Assembly: GCA_965249575.1 (NCBI GenBank)
Contig: OZ252244.1
Location: 2,816,001-2,880,000 of the forward strand
DNA length: 64,000 nt
Origin: Gemmatimonadales bacterium
GTDB taxonomy: Bacteria > Gemmatimonadota > Gemmatimonadetes > Gemmatimonadales > GWC2-71-9
Reading direction: 5' to 3'
Of the stretch, positions 47,471 to 57,665 are shown in pieces. The notes below the pieces were generated by a model. That model was not told the DNA's origin and ran no database searches. It saw only the letters and a program-made list of their open reading frames with translations. Numbering within the stretch: the first letter of the stretch is position 1; each line of letters starts with the position of its first letter. The translations under genes were made by a program, and so were the position numbers.

Positions 47471-50134
47471 ATGGTGAACACCGACCCGCACCAACCGCTT
47501 CGTGATGACGTCCGCCTCCTGGGGAATCTCCTCGGCGAGACCTTACGCACGCAGGAGGGCGAGCACCTCTTCGCGACCGTTGAAGAGGTTCGTGCCCTCG
47601 CGAAGGCTGCCCGCCAGGGCGGTCCCGGTGGGTTCGCCGAGCTGGGAGGCGTGTTGCAAGGTCTTCCGGTGGCCGACGCGCTGCCCGTCGCTCGAGCGTT
47701 CGCGCACTTTCTGACCTTGGCGAATATCGCCGAGCAACATCATCGCATCCGGCGGCGTCGTGAGTATCAGCGCGACGCCAAACTCTCGCCTCAACGTGCG
47801 TCATTTCAGGACAGCTTCACGCGCCTCCTTGGCTCCGGCATCTCGCCAGAAGTGCTGTACCGCACCATCTGCTCGCTGCAGGTCGAGTTAGTACTGACCG
47901 CCCATCCCACCGAAGTCGTGCGCCGGACACTGAGACAGAACCAGCGACGAATTGCGCAGCTGCTCGGAGCCCAGGATCGATCCGACCTCACGCCGTCGGA
48001 ACGAGATGAGATTCGCGACGCCCTTCGCCGAGAAATCACGACGGCTTGGACCACGGAGGAAGTTCGGCGTGAGCGACCCACTCCGCTCGATGAAGTCAGG
48101 TGGGGGCTCGTCGTCTTCGAGCAGACGCTATGGAACGTCGTGCCGCGGTATCTGCGGGCGCTGGACGGGGCGTTACGCGTTGCGACCGGCCGCTCGCTGC
48201 CGGTGGAAGTTGCCCCAATCCGGTTCGGTTCCTGGATGGGGGGAGACCGGGACGGAAATCCCAACGTCACCCCCGGGGTGACCGAACAGGCGTGCCTGCT
48301 CGCCCGTTGGATGGCGGCGGATCTCTACGCGAAGGAGGTGTTCGCTCTTCGCTCCGAGCTCAGCATGCGGGAGGGAAGCGCCGAGCTCCGTCGCCACGTT
48401 GGCACGAAGCCAGAACCGTATCGAGCGTTGCTCAGGGAAGTGGGCGACCGTCTGGTGCAGACCCGGGAAGGGATGAAGCGTCTTCTTGAGGGAGCGCAGC
48501 CGAATGAAGACTCCCGCATTTACTGGGATGTCGACGAGCTGGCCGAGCCACTCCGGCTCTGCGCACGATCGCTGGAGGAAATGGGTGCCGGCATTGTCGC
48601 GGAGGGGCGCCTCCTCGACCTGCTACGGCGTGTCACGTGTTTTGGGCTCACGCTGGTGCGGCTCGACATTCGGCAGGAAGCCGCCAGGCTCGAGCAAGCG
48701 CTCGACGCGATCACTACACGCCTGGGTCTGGGGTCGTACGCCGGATGGGATGAACGGCAGCGGCAGGACTTCTTGCGTCGTCATCTCCTCGAGGGAGGCG
48801 GCGAGCTCCGCGCGGCGTTCGAAGGAATGCTTGAGTTCGAAGCGGACATTCGCGACGTATTGGGCACGTTCCGGATGGCCGCGTCGGCTCGCCCAGGATC
48901 GCTTGGCGCCTACGTAATCTCGATGGCGCACCGAACCTCCGACGTCCTAGCGGTCGAGCTTCTCCAGTCCGTGGCGGGCGTCGGATCCCGGCTTCGCGTG
49001 GTGCCGCTATTTGAGACTGTGAAGGATCTTCGCGCCGCCGGATCCTGCATCCGGGAGCTTCTTTCGATCGATTGGTACCGAGAGCACATCGGTGGGAGCC
49101 AGGAGGTCATGATCGGCTACTCCGATTCGGCCAAAGACGGAGGGCGCCTGGCCGCTGCCTGGGAGCTGTACAAAGCTCAAGAGGAGATTGCGGCCGCCTG
49201 TCACGAATCCGGCGTGCAGCTCGTGTTATTTCACGGCCGCGGAGGAACCGTTGGGCGGGGCGGCGGTCCGACCCATCTCGCGATTCAGTCTCAGCCGCCC
49301 CACTCGGTGAATGGAGCGCTTCGGGTCACCGAGCAGGGAGAAACGATCGACGCGAAACTAGGATTTCCGGGAATCGCGCTGCGAACCCTCGAGCTCTATA
49401 CCACCGCCACTCTCGAAGCCACGTTACAGCCTTCGGACCCGCCGGACTCGAGTTGGCGCGATCACATGCAACTGCTGGCTGATGCTTCCCGCGCGGCGTA
49501 CCGCCGGATCGTGTTCGAGAGTCAGGAGTTCTTGGACTACTTTCGCGTGGCGACCCCGGAGGCCGAGCTGGGCGCGATGAAGATTGGCAGCCGGCCGGCG
49601 CGACGCGCCGGCGGGACGGGCGTCGAATCCCTGCGGGCGATACCGTGGGTGTTTGCCTGGATGCAAACGCGCTTACTCCTCCCCGCATGGCTTGGCGTCG
49701 GAGACGCCATCGACGAGTTCACCGTGCAGGGTCGAGTCGGGGAGCTCACCGAGATGTACAACGAATGGCCGTTCTTCAGGTCCACTCTCGACCTCATCGA
49801 GATGGTGCTGGCCAAAGCGTCACCCGACATCGCGGCACAGTACGACACTCGTCTGGTTCCTGCGCCCCTCCAACCCATAGGAGCCCAGCTCAGGGAGCGC
49901 TTGCAAGCCACGGTGCACGCGATGCTCCGGGTAACGACGCACGGCGGCCTGCTGGAGGGCAACGAGGTGCTCCGGCGGTCCATCGCGGTCCGCAACCCGT
50001 ACGTGGATCCCATCAACCTTGTTCAAGTCGAAGTCTTGTCTCGGTTGCGCGAGAGAGGTGACGACCCGCGGCTGCAGGATGCCTTGCTGGTCACCGTGAA
50101 CGGGATCGCCGCGGGGATGCGGGCGACGGGATAG
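47471..50134 (+). CDS. ppc: Phosphoenolpyruvate carboxylase
   Basis: VLTAHPTE, SWMGGDRDGNP, VVPLFET, VMIGYSDSAKDGG, FHGRGGTVGRGGGP, LRAIPWVF, GIAAGMRATG. Confidence 0.97.
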   Translation: MVNTDPHQPLRDDVRLLGNLLGETLRTQEGEHLFATVEEVRALAKAARQGGPGGFAELGGVLQGLPVADALPVARAFAHFLTLANIAEQHHRIRRRREYQRDAKLSPQRASFQDSFTRLLGSGISPEVLYRTICSLQVELVLTAHPTEVVRRTLRQNQRRIAQLLGAQDRSDLTPSERDEIRDALRREITTAWTTEEVRRERPTPLDEVRWGLVVFEQTLWNVVPRYLRALDGALRVATGRSLPVEVAPIRFGSWMGGDRDGNPNVTPGVTEQACLLARWMAADLYAKEVFALRSELSMREGSAELRRHVGTKPEPYRALLREVGDRLVQTREGMKRLLEGAQPNEDSRIYWDVDELAEPLRLCARSLEEMGAGIVAEGRLLDLLRRVTCFGLTLVRLDIRQEAARLEQALDAITTRLGLGSYAGWDERQRQDFLRRHLLEGGGELRAAFEGMLEFEADIRDVLGTFRMAASARPGSLGAYVISMAHRTSDVLAVELLQSVAGVGSRLRVVPLFETVKDLRAAGSCIRELLSIDWYREHIGGSQEVMIGYSDSAKDGGRLAAAWELYKAQEEIAAACHESGVQLVLFHGRGGTVGRGGGPTHLAIQSQPPHSVNGALRVTEQGETIDAKLGFPGIALRTLELYTTATLEATLQPSDPPDSSWRDHMQLLADASRAAYRRIVFESQEFLDYFRVATPEAELGAMKIGSRPARRAGGTGVESLRAIPWVFAWMQTRLLLPAWLGVGDAIDEFTVQGRVGELTEMYNEWPFFRSTLDLIEMVLAKASPDIAAQYDTRLVPAPLQPIGAQLRERLQATVHAMLRVTTHGGLLEGNEVLRRSIAVRNPYVDPINLVQVEVLSRLRERGDDPRLQDALLVTVNGIAAGMRATG

Positions 50135-50264
50135 GGAGTAGGGGTGGGATGGTGGGGTACCGGTACAGTTTGCGACCGCTGGGCCGTGCTCTGCACCGGT
50201 ACCCCCTCCCCCACCTACCCCCTACTCCCTAACCCCAAAATCCTACCCCTACCCCCTACCCCCC
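50132..50264. repeat. About 100-nt imperfect inverted repeat plus CCTACCC-type short repeats after ppc
   Basis: TAGGGAGTAGGGG (50132-50144) pairs with 50219-50231; GGGGTACCGGTACAG (50154-50168) pairs with 50191-50205 (1 mismatch). Confidence 0.8.
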
Positions 50265-50317
50265 AACTGCTGCAACTTTGACCATTACTGAGCCGCGTCA
50301 TTTGCAAAGGGGGCGGC

Positions 50318-50635
50318 ATGATCGTGATCCAGGTGGTCCCGCGCGCTGGAGCCGACGCATATCGGCTGCTTCGGTCGAAGGTACTGCACGAAGCGACAAC
50401 GTGGTACTGGAGTAACAAGGCAAAAACCCGCCTGCGGCACGTACAGTCGAGCGGACACATCGACGTGGCAAACGCCGGTGGCGTGATCGTCGCGCAAGTA
50501 CACCCCAAGGTACGCCGCGATCTCTTTTACTTGGCAGAGAAGTTCATGGGGCGGCTCGTGGCCTGGTTCGAAGAGGAGTTGATCGCCATCAACGTCCAGT
50601 TTGTTCCGGAGCCGGTGGGCCGGAAAAAGCGATAG
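50318..50635 (+). CDS. Hypothetical protein
   Basis: 105-aa ORF with RBS-like AAGGGGG and protein-like composition. Confidence 0.6.
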   Translation: MIVIQVVPRAGADAYRLLRSKVLHEATTWYWSNKAKTRLRHVQSSGHIDVANAGGVIVAQVHPKVRRDLFYLAEKFMGRLVAWFEEELIAINVQFVPEPVGRKKR

Positions 50636-50671
50636 CGTCTCCGTCCCGCGGGGACATTCTCGGAGGGGTCG

Positions 50672-51196
50672 ATGATTCGCGTGGTTTTCATGATGGGATT
50701 GGTGGGTCTCATGGCGTGTCGGTCCGCAGGCCCCGCGCCGCTGACCGACAGCGAGCGGACTCGCCTTCGGGAGTTGGTTTTCGAGACCGTCGACTCGATC
50801 GTTGCGACCTACGAGCGCAACGATGCCCCGGCACTCGCCGGCTTCTACGTCGACGGCCCCGATTTCGTTGCGGCGGGCGATGGACGGTTCGCAACCAATT
50901 TTGATTCGGTTGCCGCTCGCCGCAGCCGGCTCTGGGCCGACCAAGACCATCACCGCTACCTAGCCCTCGATTGGTCCGACAAGAAGGTGACGGTACTGGG
51001 GCCGGACGTCGCGACGCTCAACGCGCGGTACACGGAGGAGGTGCAGTTCCGCTCGGGGCGGGTCGGACTGAATCGTGGCACGTGGCACGTGGTGTTCGTG
51101 CGGCGGCCGCAGGGGTGGCGGATCCTGCACGAGGTCGGGGTGCACTGCGACGCCGCAAACACCGCGACGTGCGAGCCTCCCAAGGTAATCGACTAG
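50672..51196 (+). CDS. SnoaL/NTF2-like (DUF4440-type) lipoprotein
   Basis: Lipobox LMAC; YERNDAPALAGFY...VTVLGPDVA...VFVRRPQGWRILHE. Confidence 0.75.
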   Translation: MIRVVFMMGLVGLMACRSAGPAPLTDSERTRLRELVFETVDSIVATYERNDAPALAGFYVDGPDFVAAGDGRFATNFDSVAARRSRLWADQDHHRYLALDWSDKKVTVLGPDVATLNARYTEEVQFRSGRVGLNRGTWHVVFVRRPQGWRILHEVGVHCDAANTATCEPPKVID

Positions 51197-51212
51197 TCTC
51201 TGTGGCGGGTTC

Positions 51213-52352
51213 GTGAGGCGGTGGTGCAGTACCCTGACCGCGGCGCTAATCTGGTTGGGTGTAGTGGCCCCCGCGTCGCAGGCGGCGACAAGGGCACAAG
51301 GAGTGCCGGGCCCCCGCGCTGGCCCGGCGGCAGTGTCCCGCGCCCTGGTCGATTCCGCCGTGACCGCCCAGGGCATCCCCGGCCTATCAATCGCGTTGAG
51401 TATCCGAGGCGTGCCGGTCTGGTCGGAGGGGTTCGGATCGGCCGATCTAGCGTTGCGGGTACCCGCTAATGCCGCGACTCGTTTTCGGATCGCGAGTGTT
51501 TCGAAGTCGCTCACGGCGGCCGCGCTAATCCGCTTGGTGGAGGACGGCCGCCTCGATCTGGACGCCCCCATCCATCAGTACGTTTCCAGGTTCGCCGAGG
51601 CCGCTCAGCCACCGGTCACGCTCCGTCTGCTGAGCGGCCATTTGGCAGGCGTGCGCCATCGGACGACTGCCGAGTTAATGAGCAACGAGCCGGTTGCCTC
51701 GGTGGCCTCCGGTCTCGAGGTATTCCTCAACGACCCGCTCCTCTTCGAGCCAGGCGCCCGGTTCTCCTACTCCGATTACGGATGGTCGCTGATCAGCGCC
51801 GCCATTGAAGCTGGGTCGGGGTCGGATTTCCTCACGTACATGCGTCGCGCCGTCTTCGCCCCGCTCGGGATGCTCAATACCGGCCCGGACCATTCCGACC
51901 GGATCGTCCCGGGGCGAACGAGCTTCTACGAGCGCGCTCCGGGTGGGGCGGTCGCGCACGCGCCGCCGGTGAACAACAGCAATCGGTGGGCTGCGACAGG
52001 GTTCTTGTCCACCGCTGAGGACTTGGCGCGGTTCGGAAGCGCGCTCCTCGAGCCGGGGTTCTTGTCGTCGGACGGCCTGCGTACGCTGTTTACGTCGCAA
52101 CGCACTGTGGACGGCGCCGCGACGGGCTACGGGGTCGGGTGGCGAGTGGGATCCGTCAACGGACGGCCCGCTGTCTGGCACGTGGGGAATGGCGTGGGAG
52201 CGACCTGCCTACTGATGATTTACCCTGGCGAGCGCTTGGTCTTGGCGGCAATCGCCAACGTTTCGGGTGCCGGGCTGACGGCTCCGGGTGCGAATCCCGG
52301 CGAGCTTCCCGTTCGGATCGCGGACCTGTTCCTCGAGCTCCGAGATCGTTAG
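51213..52352 (+). CDS. Serine hydrolase (beta-lactamase/AmpC-like family), exported
   Basis: FRIASVSK (SxxK), LLSGHLAG, EPGARFSYSDYG, STAEDLARF, WHVG. Confidence 0.9.
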   Translation: MRRWCSTLTAALIWLGVVAPASQAATRAQGVPGPRAGPAAVSRALVDSAVTAQGIPGLSIALSIRGVPVWSEGFGSADLALRVPANAATRFRIASVSKSLTAAALIRLVEDGRLDLDAPIHQYVSRFAEAAQPPVTLRLLSGHLAGVRHRTTAELMSNEPVASVASGLEVFLNDPLLFEPGARFSYSDYGWSLISAAIEAGSGSDFLTYMRRAVFAPLGMLNTGPDHSDRIVPGRTSFYERAPGGAVAHAPPVNNSNRWAATGFLSTAEDLARFGSALLEPGFLSSDGLRTLFTSQRTVDGAATGYGVGWRVGSVNGRPAVWHVGNGVGATCLLMIYPGERLVLAAIANVSGAGLTAPGANPGELPVRIADLFLELRDR

Positions 52353-53431
52353 ACCGACCCGTCAGGTGGCGCCGACGCCAGGCTGCCGTCGATACGTGGA
52401 TCGACGATGATCTTGAGCGATTCCCGTCCGTCGAGCGCCATGTCGAATCCCCGTTGAATCTCTTCCAGCGGGAGCCGATGGGTCACGAGCCGCTCCACGC
52501 CCGTTTGCCCGCTCGCGATGAGCGAGAGCGCCGCCTCGAGGTCCCTGGGGGCGGCACCGTAGGAGCTCGTGAGCGTCACGTCGTTCCGCCAGAACACGGT
52601 GTCGAACGGTAGCGGCAGTGTCTGGTCGGGTCCCATCGGTGCAAAAAATAGGACCGTGCCTCCCCTATCCGCTGCAGCGAGCGCCTGATCGACGGCCCCG
52701 CGGGCTCCGGTGCAGACGATGACGCAATCGGCACCGTGACCGAGGTCCCTGCGGATCAACTGGGGGACCGCGTCGCCTGCGTCCAGCACCCGATCGGCTC
52801 CGAGGTCCTCGGCTAACCTGCGGCGGGCGGGTTGGATGTCGGACACGAAGATCTTCCGAGCGTTGCGCGCACGTGCGGCGAGCATGTGGAGGATACCCGA
52901 GACACCGGCACCCAAGATCAGAATGGTGTCACCCTCTGAGATCCCCGCCTTGCGCTGGCCCCGGAGCACGCACCCGAGCGGCTCCACGAAACTCGCCGCG
53001 TCATCCGAGACGTGGTCCGGGATAGTGAGCGCTCCGCGCTGCACGTTGGGCGCGGGAACGCGGATGTACGCGGCGAAACCTCCGGGGTCGAAATTGGTCT
53101 TTCGGAGCATGTCGCACATCGTTTCTCTTCCGCTCCGGCAGTAGCGGCAGTCGAGGCAGGGAACATGATGCGTGACGACAACTCGCCCATTCGTTCGGTA
53201 GCGGTCGACATCGTCGCCAACCGCCACGACTCGTCCGGCCACCTCGTGTCCCAAGACCGCGGGTGCTTTCGGGCGGCGATACCACTCGAGCAGATCGCTG
53301 CCGCAAATCCCGCTCGCATGCACCGCGACCAAAATCTCGCCACGCCCGGGGGCGGGAATCGGACGGTTCTCGAGCCGAAGGTCGCGATTCGTGTAGTAGA
53401 CGGCGACGCGATTGTGGGTGGGGAGAGCCAT
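52349..53431 (-). CDS. Zn-dependent alcohol/polyol dehydrogenase
   Basis: GICGSD, LGHEVAG, CLDCRYC-C, EPLGC, GAGVSG. Confidence 0.92.
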   Translation of the reverse strand: MALPTHNRVAVYYTNRDLRLENRPIPAPGRGEILVAVHASGICGSDLLEWYRRPKAPAVLGHEVAGRVVAVGDDVDRYRTNGRVVVTHHVPCLDCRYCRSGRETMCDMLRKTNFDPGGFAAYIRVPAPNVQRGALTIPDHVSDDAASFVEPLGCVLRGQRKAGISEGDTILILGAGVSGILHMLAARARNARKIFVSDIQPARRRLAEDLGADRVLDAGDAVPQLIRRDLGHGADCVIVCTGARGAVDQALAAADRGGTVLFFAPMGPDQTLPLPFDTVFWRNDVTLTSSYGAAPRDLEAALSLIASGQTGVERLVTHRLPLEEIQRGFDMALDGRESLKIIVDPRIDGSLASAPPDGSV

Positions 53432-53436
53432 CTGGC

Positions 53437-54273
53437 TCAGACGGGCTGGGCCTCTCGGTGATGCTTGAGCCGCTCCAGCAGCTCATGCGCTTCTCCCGGG
53501 CTCGCGCCTTCATGCACCACCGCTCGGAGCGCACGCATCATGGGGACTGGATGATCGGATTGCCACACGTTTCGTCCCATGTCGACGCCTACGGCGCCCT
53601 GCTCGAGGGCCGCGTGCGCGAGCTCGAGCGCGTCGAGGTCCGTTTCGAGCTTGGGGCCGCCAGCGATGACGACCGGTATGGGACACGAGTCTACGACACG
53701 GCTGAAGTCGTCGCAGTAATAGGTCTTGACGAAGTGCGCACCCAATTCGGCGGCGATGCGGCAGCACAGCCCCAGGTAACGCGCGTCGCGCTTCTCCAGC
53801 TCCTTCCCGACGGCTGTGACGGCAAGCACCGGGAGCCCCAGCTCCGTACTCTCGTCCACCAGGCGTGCGAGGTTCGCCAGGGTCTGATGTTCGTGCGCGC
53901 TTCCGACGAAAACCGACAGCGCTACCGCGCTCGCGTTGATGCGAACCGCATCACGCACAGACGTCGTGATCGTCTCGTTGGATAAATCCTGTCCGATGAT
54001 CGACGAGCCGCCAGAAACCCGCAGGACGAGAGGGACGCCGATCGTCGCGGGCACGCAGTTCCGGACCACCCCCCGTGTGACCATCAGGGCGTCGGCGTGC
54101 GGGATGAGGGGGGCGATCGTTTCCCCGGGTTTTTCCAGACGGCTAATCGGACCCAGGAAATAGCCGTGATCGACGGCCAGCATTACGGTTCGACCCTCCG
54201 GCGGCCGGAGGATACGGCTTAGTCGGTTCTCTAATCCCCAGTCCACTCGTGACTCCGTGAGAATATTGTCCAA
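53437..54273 (-). CDS. lsrF: LsrF-like thiolase/class I aldolase
   Basis: DWGLENRLSRI, MLAVDHGYFLGP, VTAVGKE, RDARYLGLCCRIAAELGA, VKTYYC, PVVIAGGPK, GVDMGRN. Confidence 0.88.
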   Translation of the reverse strand: MDNILTESRVDWGLENRLSRILRPPEGRTVMLAVDHGYFLGPISRLEKPGETIAPLIPHADALMVTRGVVRNCVPATIGVPLVLRVSGGSSIIGQDLSNETITTSVRDAVRINASAVALSVFVGSAHEHQTLANLARLVDESTELGLPVLAVTAVGKELEKRDARYLGLCCRIAAELGAHFVKTYYCDDFSRVVDSCPIPVVIAGGPKLETDLDALELAHAALEQGAVGVDMGRNVWQSDHPVPMMRALRAVVHEGASPGEAHELLERLKHHREAQPV

Positions 54274-54349
54274 TGTAGCCTGGCGAGCATCGTTTCGCCC
54301 GCACCGGCCTTCTGGCCCCGCGCGTCAACCCGGGGAGAATCCCGGAAGC

Positions 54350-56110
54350 TCATGAACGCAGGCGCCTATTCCGCGGATACGGAAAGATGTCCGGCACCTC
54401 ACCCGCGCGGTGCCGGTTCTGGATGTCGAGCCAGAATCGCGGCGTGAACAGATGTGCGTATCGCTCGAGAAACAGTTTTCTCCGCGCGCCGCTGAATCCG
54501 AGAAAGGAGACGAACTCTTCAGGAAAGATGTCGTTCGGCCCCACGTAGAACCACGGTTCCGCGCTCATCTCCTCGTCGACCGTCCGAGGCGTAGGTAGCT
54601 CGCGGAACTGATAATCTGCCAGAAGGCCGATCTCGTCGTAGTCATAGAAGATGACCCTGCCGTGGCGGCTCACACCAAAGTTCTTGGCGAGGAGGTCGCC
54701 GGGAAAGATGTTCGTCGACGCCAGGTCGACGATCGCCTCGCCGTAATCGAGAACCGCATGCGTCGCCCGCGCCGAATCGGCTTCGCGGAGGTAGATGTCG
54801 AGCGGTGTCATTCGCCGTTCCGCATACAGGTGCTTGATGACGACGGTCTCTGCTTCGATACTGACACTGCTCCCCGCGCTCTCGACGAGCTCCGCAAGGA
54901 GATCTCGAGTGAAGCGCTCCTTCGCGAACACGAGATGCTCGAATTCCTGGGCGTCCGCGAGCCGGCCTGCACGGTCGTGCTTGAAGACGAGCTCATAGCG
55001 TCGCATCACGTCCCGGCGGGTCGTCCGTTTCGGATCGGCGAAGCTGTCCCGGATAACCTTGAAAACGAAATCGAAGGATGGCATCGTGAACACCGCCATG
55101 ACCATGCCCGGGGCGCCCGGGGTTGCTTCGAATGCATCGGATGTTTGCTTGAGATGGCGGAGCATCTCCCGATACAGCTCGGTCTTGCCGTGCTTGTTGT
55201 AGCCGAGTGCGATGTACAGCTCCGCGAGCGATTTGCGTGGTACGATCGAGCGCAGGAAGGCGATGACGTCCCGAGGACACTCGATGTCGACCTGGAAGTA
55301 GGAACGGCTGAACCCGAACACGACGCTCGCTTCATTCTCCGTGAGGAGCAACGCGTCCACGCCGACACCGTCGTCGGACGCCGTCAATGCGATGACGATG
55401 GGCATCAGGTGCCCGCGGCTGCGCATGCGTCCCACGAGATAGGCACCCTTTCCTCGAAAGAAGGGACTGGTAAGCACCTCGATCGCCTCGATTGGCTGGT
55501 GGACGCCCGCCTCGAACCGGTGCTCGTCGATCAGCTGTCCGGCCCGTGCGGCATCCCCATCGGCGTCGCGGTACCGCACGCTCCAGTCGAGATCGAGCAG
55601 TGCGGCACGGATCAATCCCGCGGTCGTGGGTTGGCGCTGATAGACGCGAAACGGAGGACTGTCGGGTGAGCTGCGCGACCAGCGGTCGGACGCGATGAAT
55701 TCGATGCGAGGGTCCACGCCGACCGTATCGAAGATTTTCCGCGTAATGGAGTTGAAGAAGGTTTCGGCGAGTTCAGCATCCGAGCGGCCAGCAATAGCCC
55801 GGACGTAGAGTCGCCGCATCCGACTCCAAACCTCGCGATCATCCTCCCGACCGGCCAGGACCCGCTTCACGTCGGCGACCACGTCCTTCACGATGCTGCC
55901 GTAGAGCTCGAGGCGCTGCAGGGCGTCGCGTCGCATGCCGTGCCAGTCCCGCCGCTCGAAGCGTTCCTGGGCTCGGCGGGTGATGTCTCGGAATTCCTGG
56001 GAATAGGCCTCGTACCCGCGGCAGATCGCATGCGTACCGGCGCGAGCCGGAGAGCGATCAGCGGGGGGGGGTATGGCGCCTGGGCGGGTAGCCGGACGTC
56101 GTTCAACCAT
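54350..56110 (-). CDS. aceK: Isocitrate dehydrogenase kinase/phosphatase
   Basis: ELAETFFNS, GYNKHGKTELYR, PGAPGMVMAVF, HDRAGRLADAQEF, NIFPGDLLAKNFGV, FYDYDEI, FPEEF. Confidence 0.95.
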   Translation of the reverse strand: MVERRPATRPGAIPPPADRSPARAGTHAICRGYEAYSQEFRDITRRAQERFERRDWHGMRRDALQRLELYGSIVKDVVADVKRVLAGREDDREVWSRMRRLYVRAIAGRSDAELAETFFNSITRKIFDTVGVDPRIEFIASDRWSRSSPDSPPFRVYQRQPTTAGLIRAALLDLDWSVRYRDADGDAARAGQLIDEHRFEAGVHQPIEAIEVLTSPFFRGKGAYLVGRMRSRGHLMPIVIALTASDDGVGVDALLLTENEASVVFGFSRSYFQVDIECPRDVIAFLRSIVPRKSLAELYIALGYNKHGKTELYREMLRHLKQTSDAFEATPGAPGMVMAVFTMPSFDFVFKVIRDSFADPKRTTRRDVMRRYELVFKHDRAGRLADAQEFEHLVFAKERFTRDLLAELVESAGSSVSIEAETVVIKHLYAERRMTPLDIYLREADSARATHAVLDYGEAIVDLASTNIFPGDLLAKNFGVSRHGRVIFYDYDEIGLLADYQFRELPTPRTVDEEMSAEPWFYVGPNDIFPEEFVSFLGFSGARRKLFLERYAHLFTPRFWLDIQNRHRAGEVPDIFPYPRNRRLRS

Positions 56111-56192
56111 GGTGCAGCGACTGGTCCGGGCGCGTTTGCGCAGTGCGTAGGGGCGATATCGCGTCGGTCGTGTAGATCGCCGCCGCTCCTTA

Positions 56193-57665
56193 CTAGCCGA
56201 GCGCGACTGACACGTACTTCACGTCGAGAAACTCGTCCAGGCCTAACCGTCCCCCCTCGCGTCCGAGGCCGGAGAACTTCACGCCGCCGAAGGGCGCCTG
56301 GACGGCGGACGGAATCCCGTCGTTGACACCCACGATTCCGTACTCGAGGGCTTCCGAGACCCGGTGCGCGCGGCTGAGATCCCGGGTCCAGAAATACGCG
56401 GCCAGACCATACGGGGTATCGTTGGCCAGCCGCACCGCCTCGGCTTCGTCCTGAAACGTCATGACCGGTGCGACCGGACCAAAGGTCTCCTCCCGCATGA
56501 GCCGCATGCCCGGTCCAACACCATCCAAGACGGTCGGTTCGTAATACAAGCCTTCCATAGCCTTGCCGCCGACCAGCGGCTTCGCGCCCTTCCGTACGGC
56601 GTCCTGCACGTGGGAGGCGACCTTTGATAGTCCCTGCTGGTCGACCAGCGGGCCGATTTGAGTGGTTGCGTCCAGTGGGTCACCTACCCTGAGGTCGCGG
56701 ACCGCCTGCGTGAGGAGCTGGATGAACGGCTCGCGTACCTCCTCGTCGACGTAGATCCGGTTCGTGCACACACACGTCTGTCCCGCGTTGCGGAACTTAC
56801 ATGCCACCACTTCCCGGACTGCGGCGTCCAGGTCGGCGTCCGCGAATACGATGAAGGGCGCGTGACCGCCGAGCTCGAGGGCGACGCGCTTCATCGTCTT
56901 GGCACACCGGCCGTAAAGCTCGATGCCTACCGCGGTCGATCCGGTGAACGTGAGCACACGGACGCGCTCGTCGTCGAGCAGTACTTGGGACACTGGAACC
57001 GGATCGAGCGCGGATAACACCTGGAGGGTCCCAGCAGGCCCGCCGGCGTCCCGCCAAAGTGTCGCGAGGTATATCGCCGTGAGAGGCGTCTGCTCAGCAG
57101 GTTTGATGATCACGGTGCACCCCACGGCGAGCGCCGGCGAAACTTTTCTCGTTATCATCGCCGCCGGAAAGTTCCATGGTGTGATGGCATACACTACGCC
57201 AGTCGGCTGTCGCAGGGTGGTCAGGCGTTTGTGGGCAACGTGGCTCGGGATCGTGTCGCCATACACGCGCCGGGCCTCCTCCGCGAACCACTCGACGAAT
57301 GCGGCCGCGTATTGGACCTCGCCCTTCGCCTCGGTTACCGGCTTCCCCATTTCAGCGGCCATCAGCCGGGCCAGCTCGTCTTGGTGCTCGAGGATCAGGT
57401 CGTGCCAGCGGTGCAGCACGGCGGCGCGTTCGACGGCCGTCCTGGTCTTCCACGTGGCGAACGCGCGAACAGCGCCCTCCGCCGCCGCTTTCGCCTGCGC
57501 CGAGCCGCAGTCGGCGACCTCGGTGAGCATGCTCCCGTCGATGGGGCTGTGAACCGGAAAGCGCCCGGGAGCCTCCGGCTGTCCGTCGGTAATGCGACGT
57601 GAAGCTTCGGTGCTCAACCGATCGCTCACGCCGCGAGACGACTCAGTATTGACCCGAATACTCAT
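56193..57665 (-). CDS. gabD: NAD(P)-dependent succinate-semialdehyde dehydrogenase
   Basis: EMGKP..EAKGEV..AA.FVEWFAEE, ITPWNFPAAMITRK, FTGST, LELGGHAPF, KFRNAGQTCVC, EETFGP, SGLGREG; true start MSIRV overlaps the upstream stop. Confidence 0.88.
   Translation of the reverse strand: MSIRVNTESSRGVSDRLSTEASRRITDGQPEAPGRFPVHSPIDGSMLTEVADCGSAQAKAAAEGAVRAFATWKTRTAVERAAVLHRWHDLILEHQDELARLMAAEMGKPVTEAKGEVQYAAAFVEWFAEEARRVYGDTIPSHVAHKRLTTLRQPTGVVYAITPWNFPAAMITRKVSPALAVGCTVIIKPAEQTPLTAIYLATLWRDAGGPAGTLQVLSALDPVPVSQVLLDDERVRVLTFTGSTAVGIELYGRCAKTMKRVALELGGHAPFIVFADADLDAAVREVVACKFRNAGQTCVCTNRIYVDEEVREPFIQLLTQAVRDLRVGDPLDATTQIGPLVDQQGLSKVASHVQDAVRKGAKPLVGGKAMEGLYYEPTVLDGVGPGMRLMREETFGPVAPVMTFQDEAEAVRLANDTPYGLAAYFWTRDLSRAHRVSEALEYGIVGVNDGIPSAVQAPFGGVKFSGLGREGGRLGLDEFLDVKYVSVALG

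Noticed and set aside
51213..52352. Antibiotic-resistance beta-lactamase
   Set aside because: The SxxK serine-hydrolase family is mostly esterases and peptidases; YSD and HVG motifs differ from AmpC YxN and KTG
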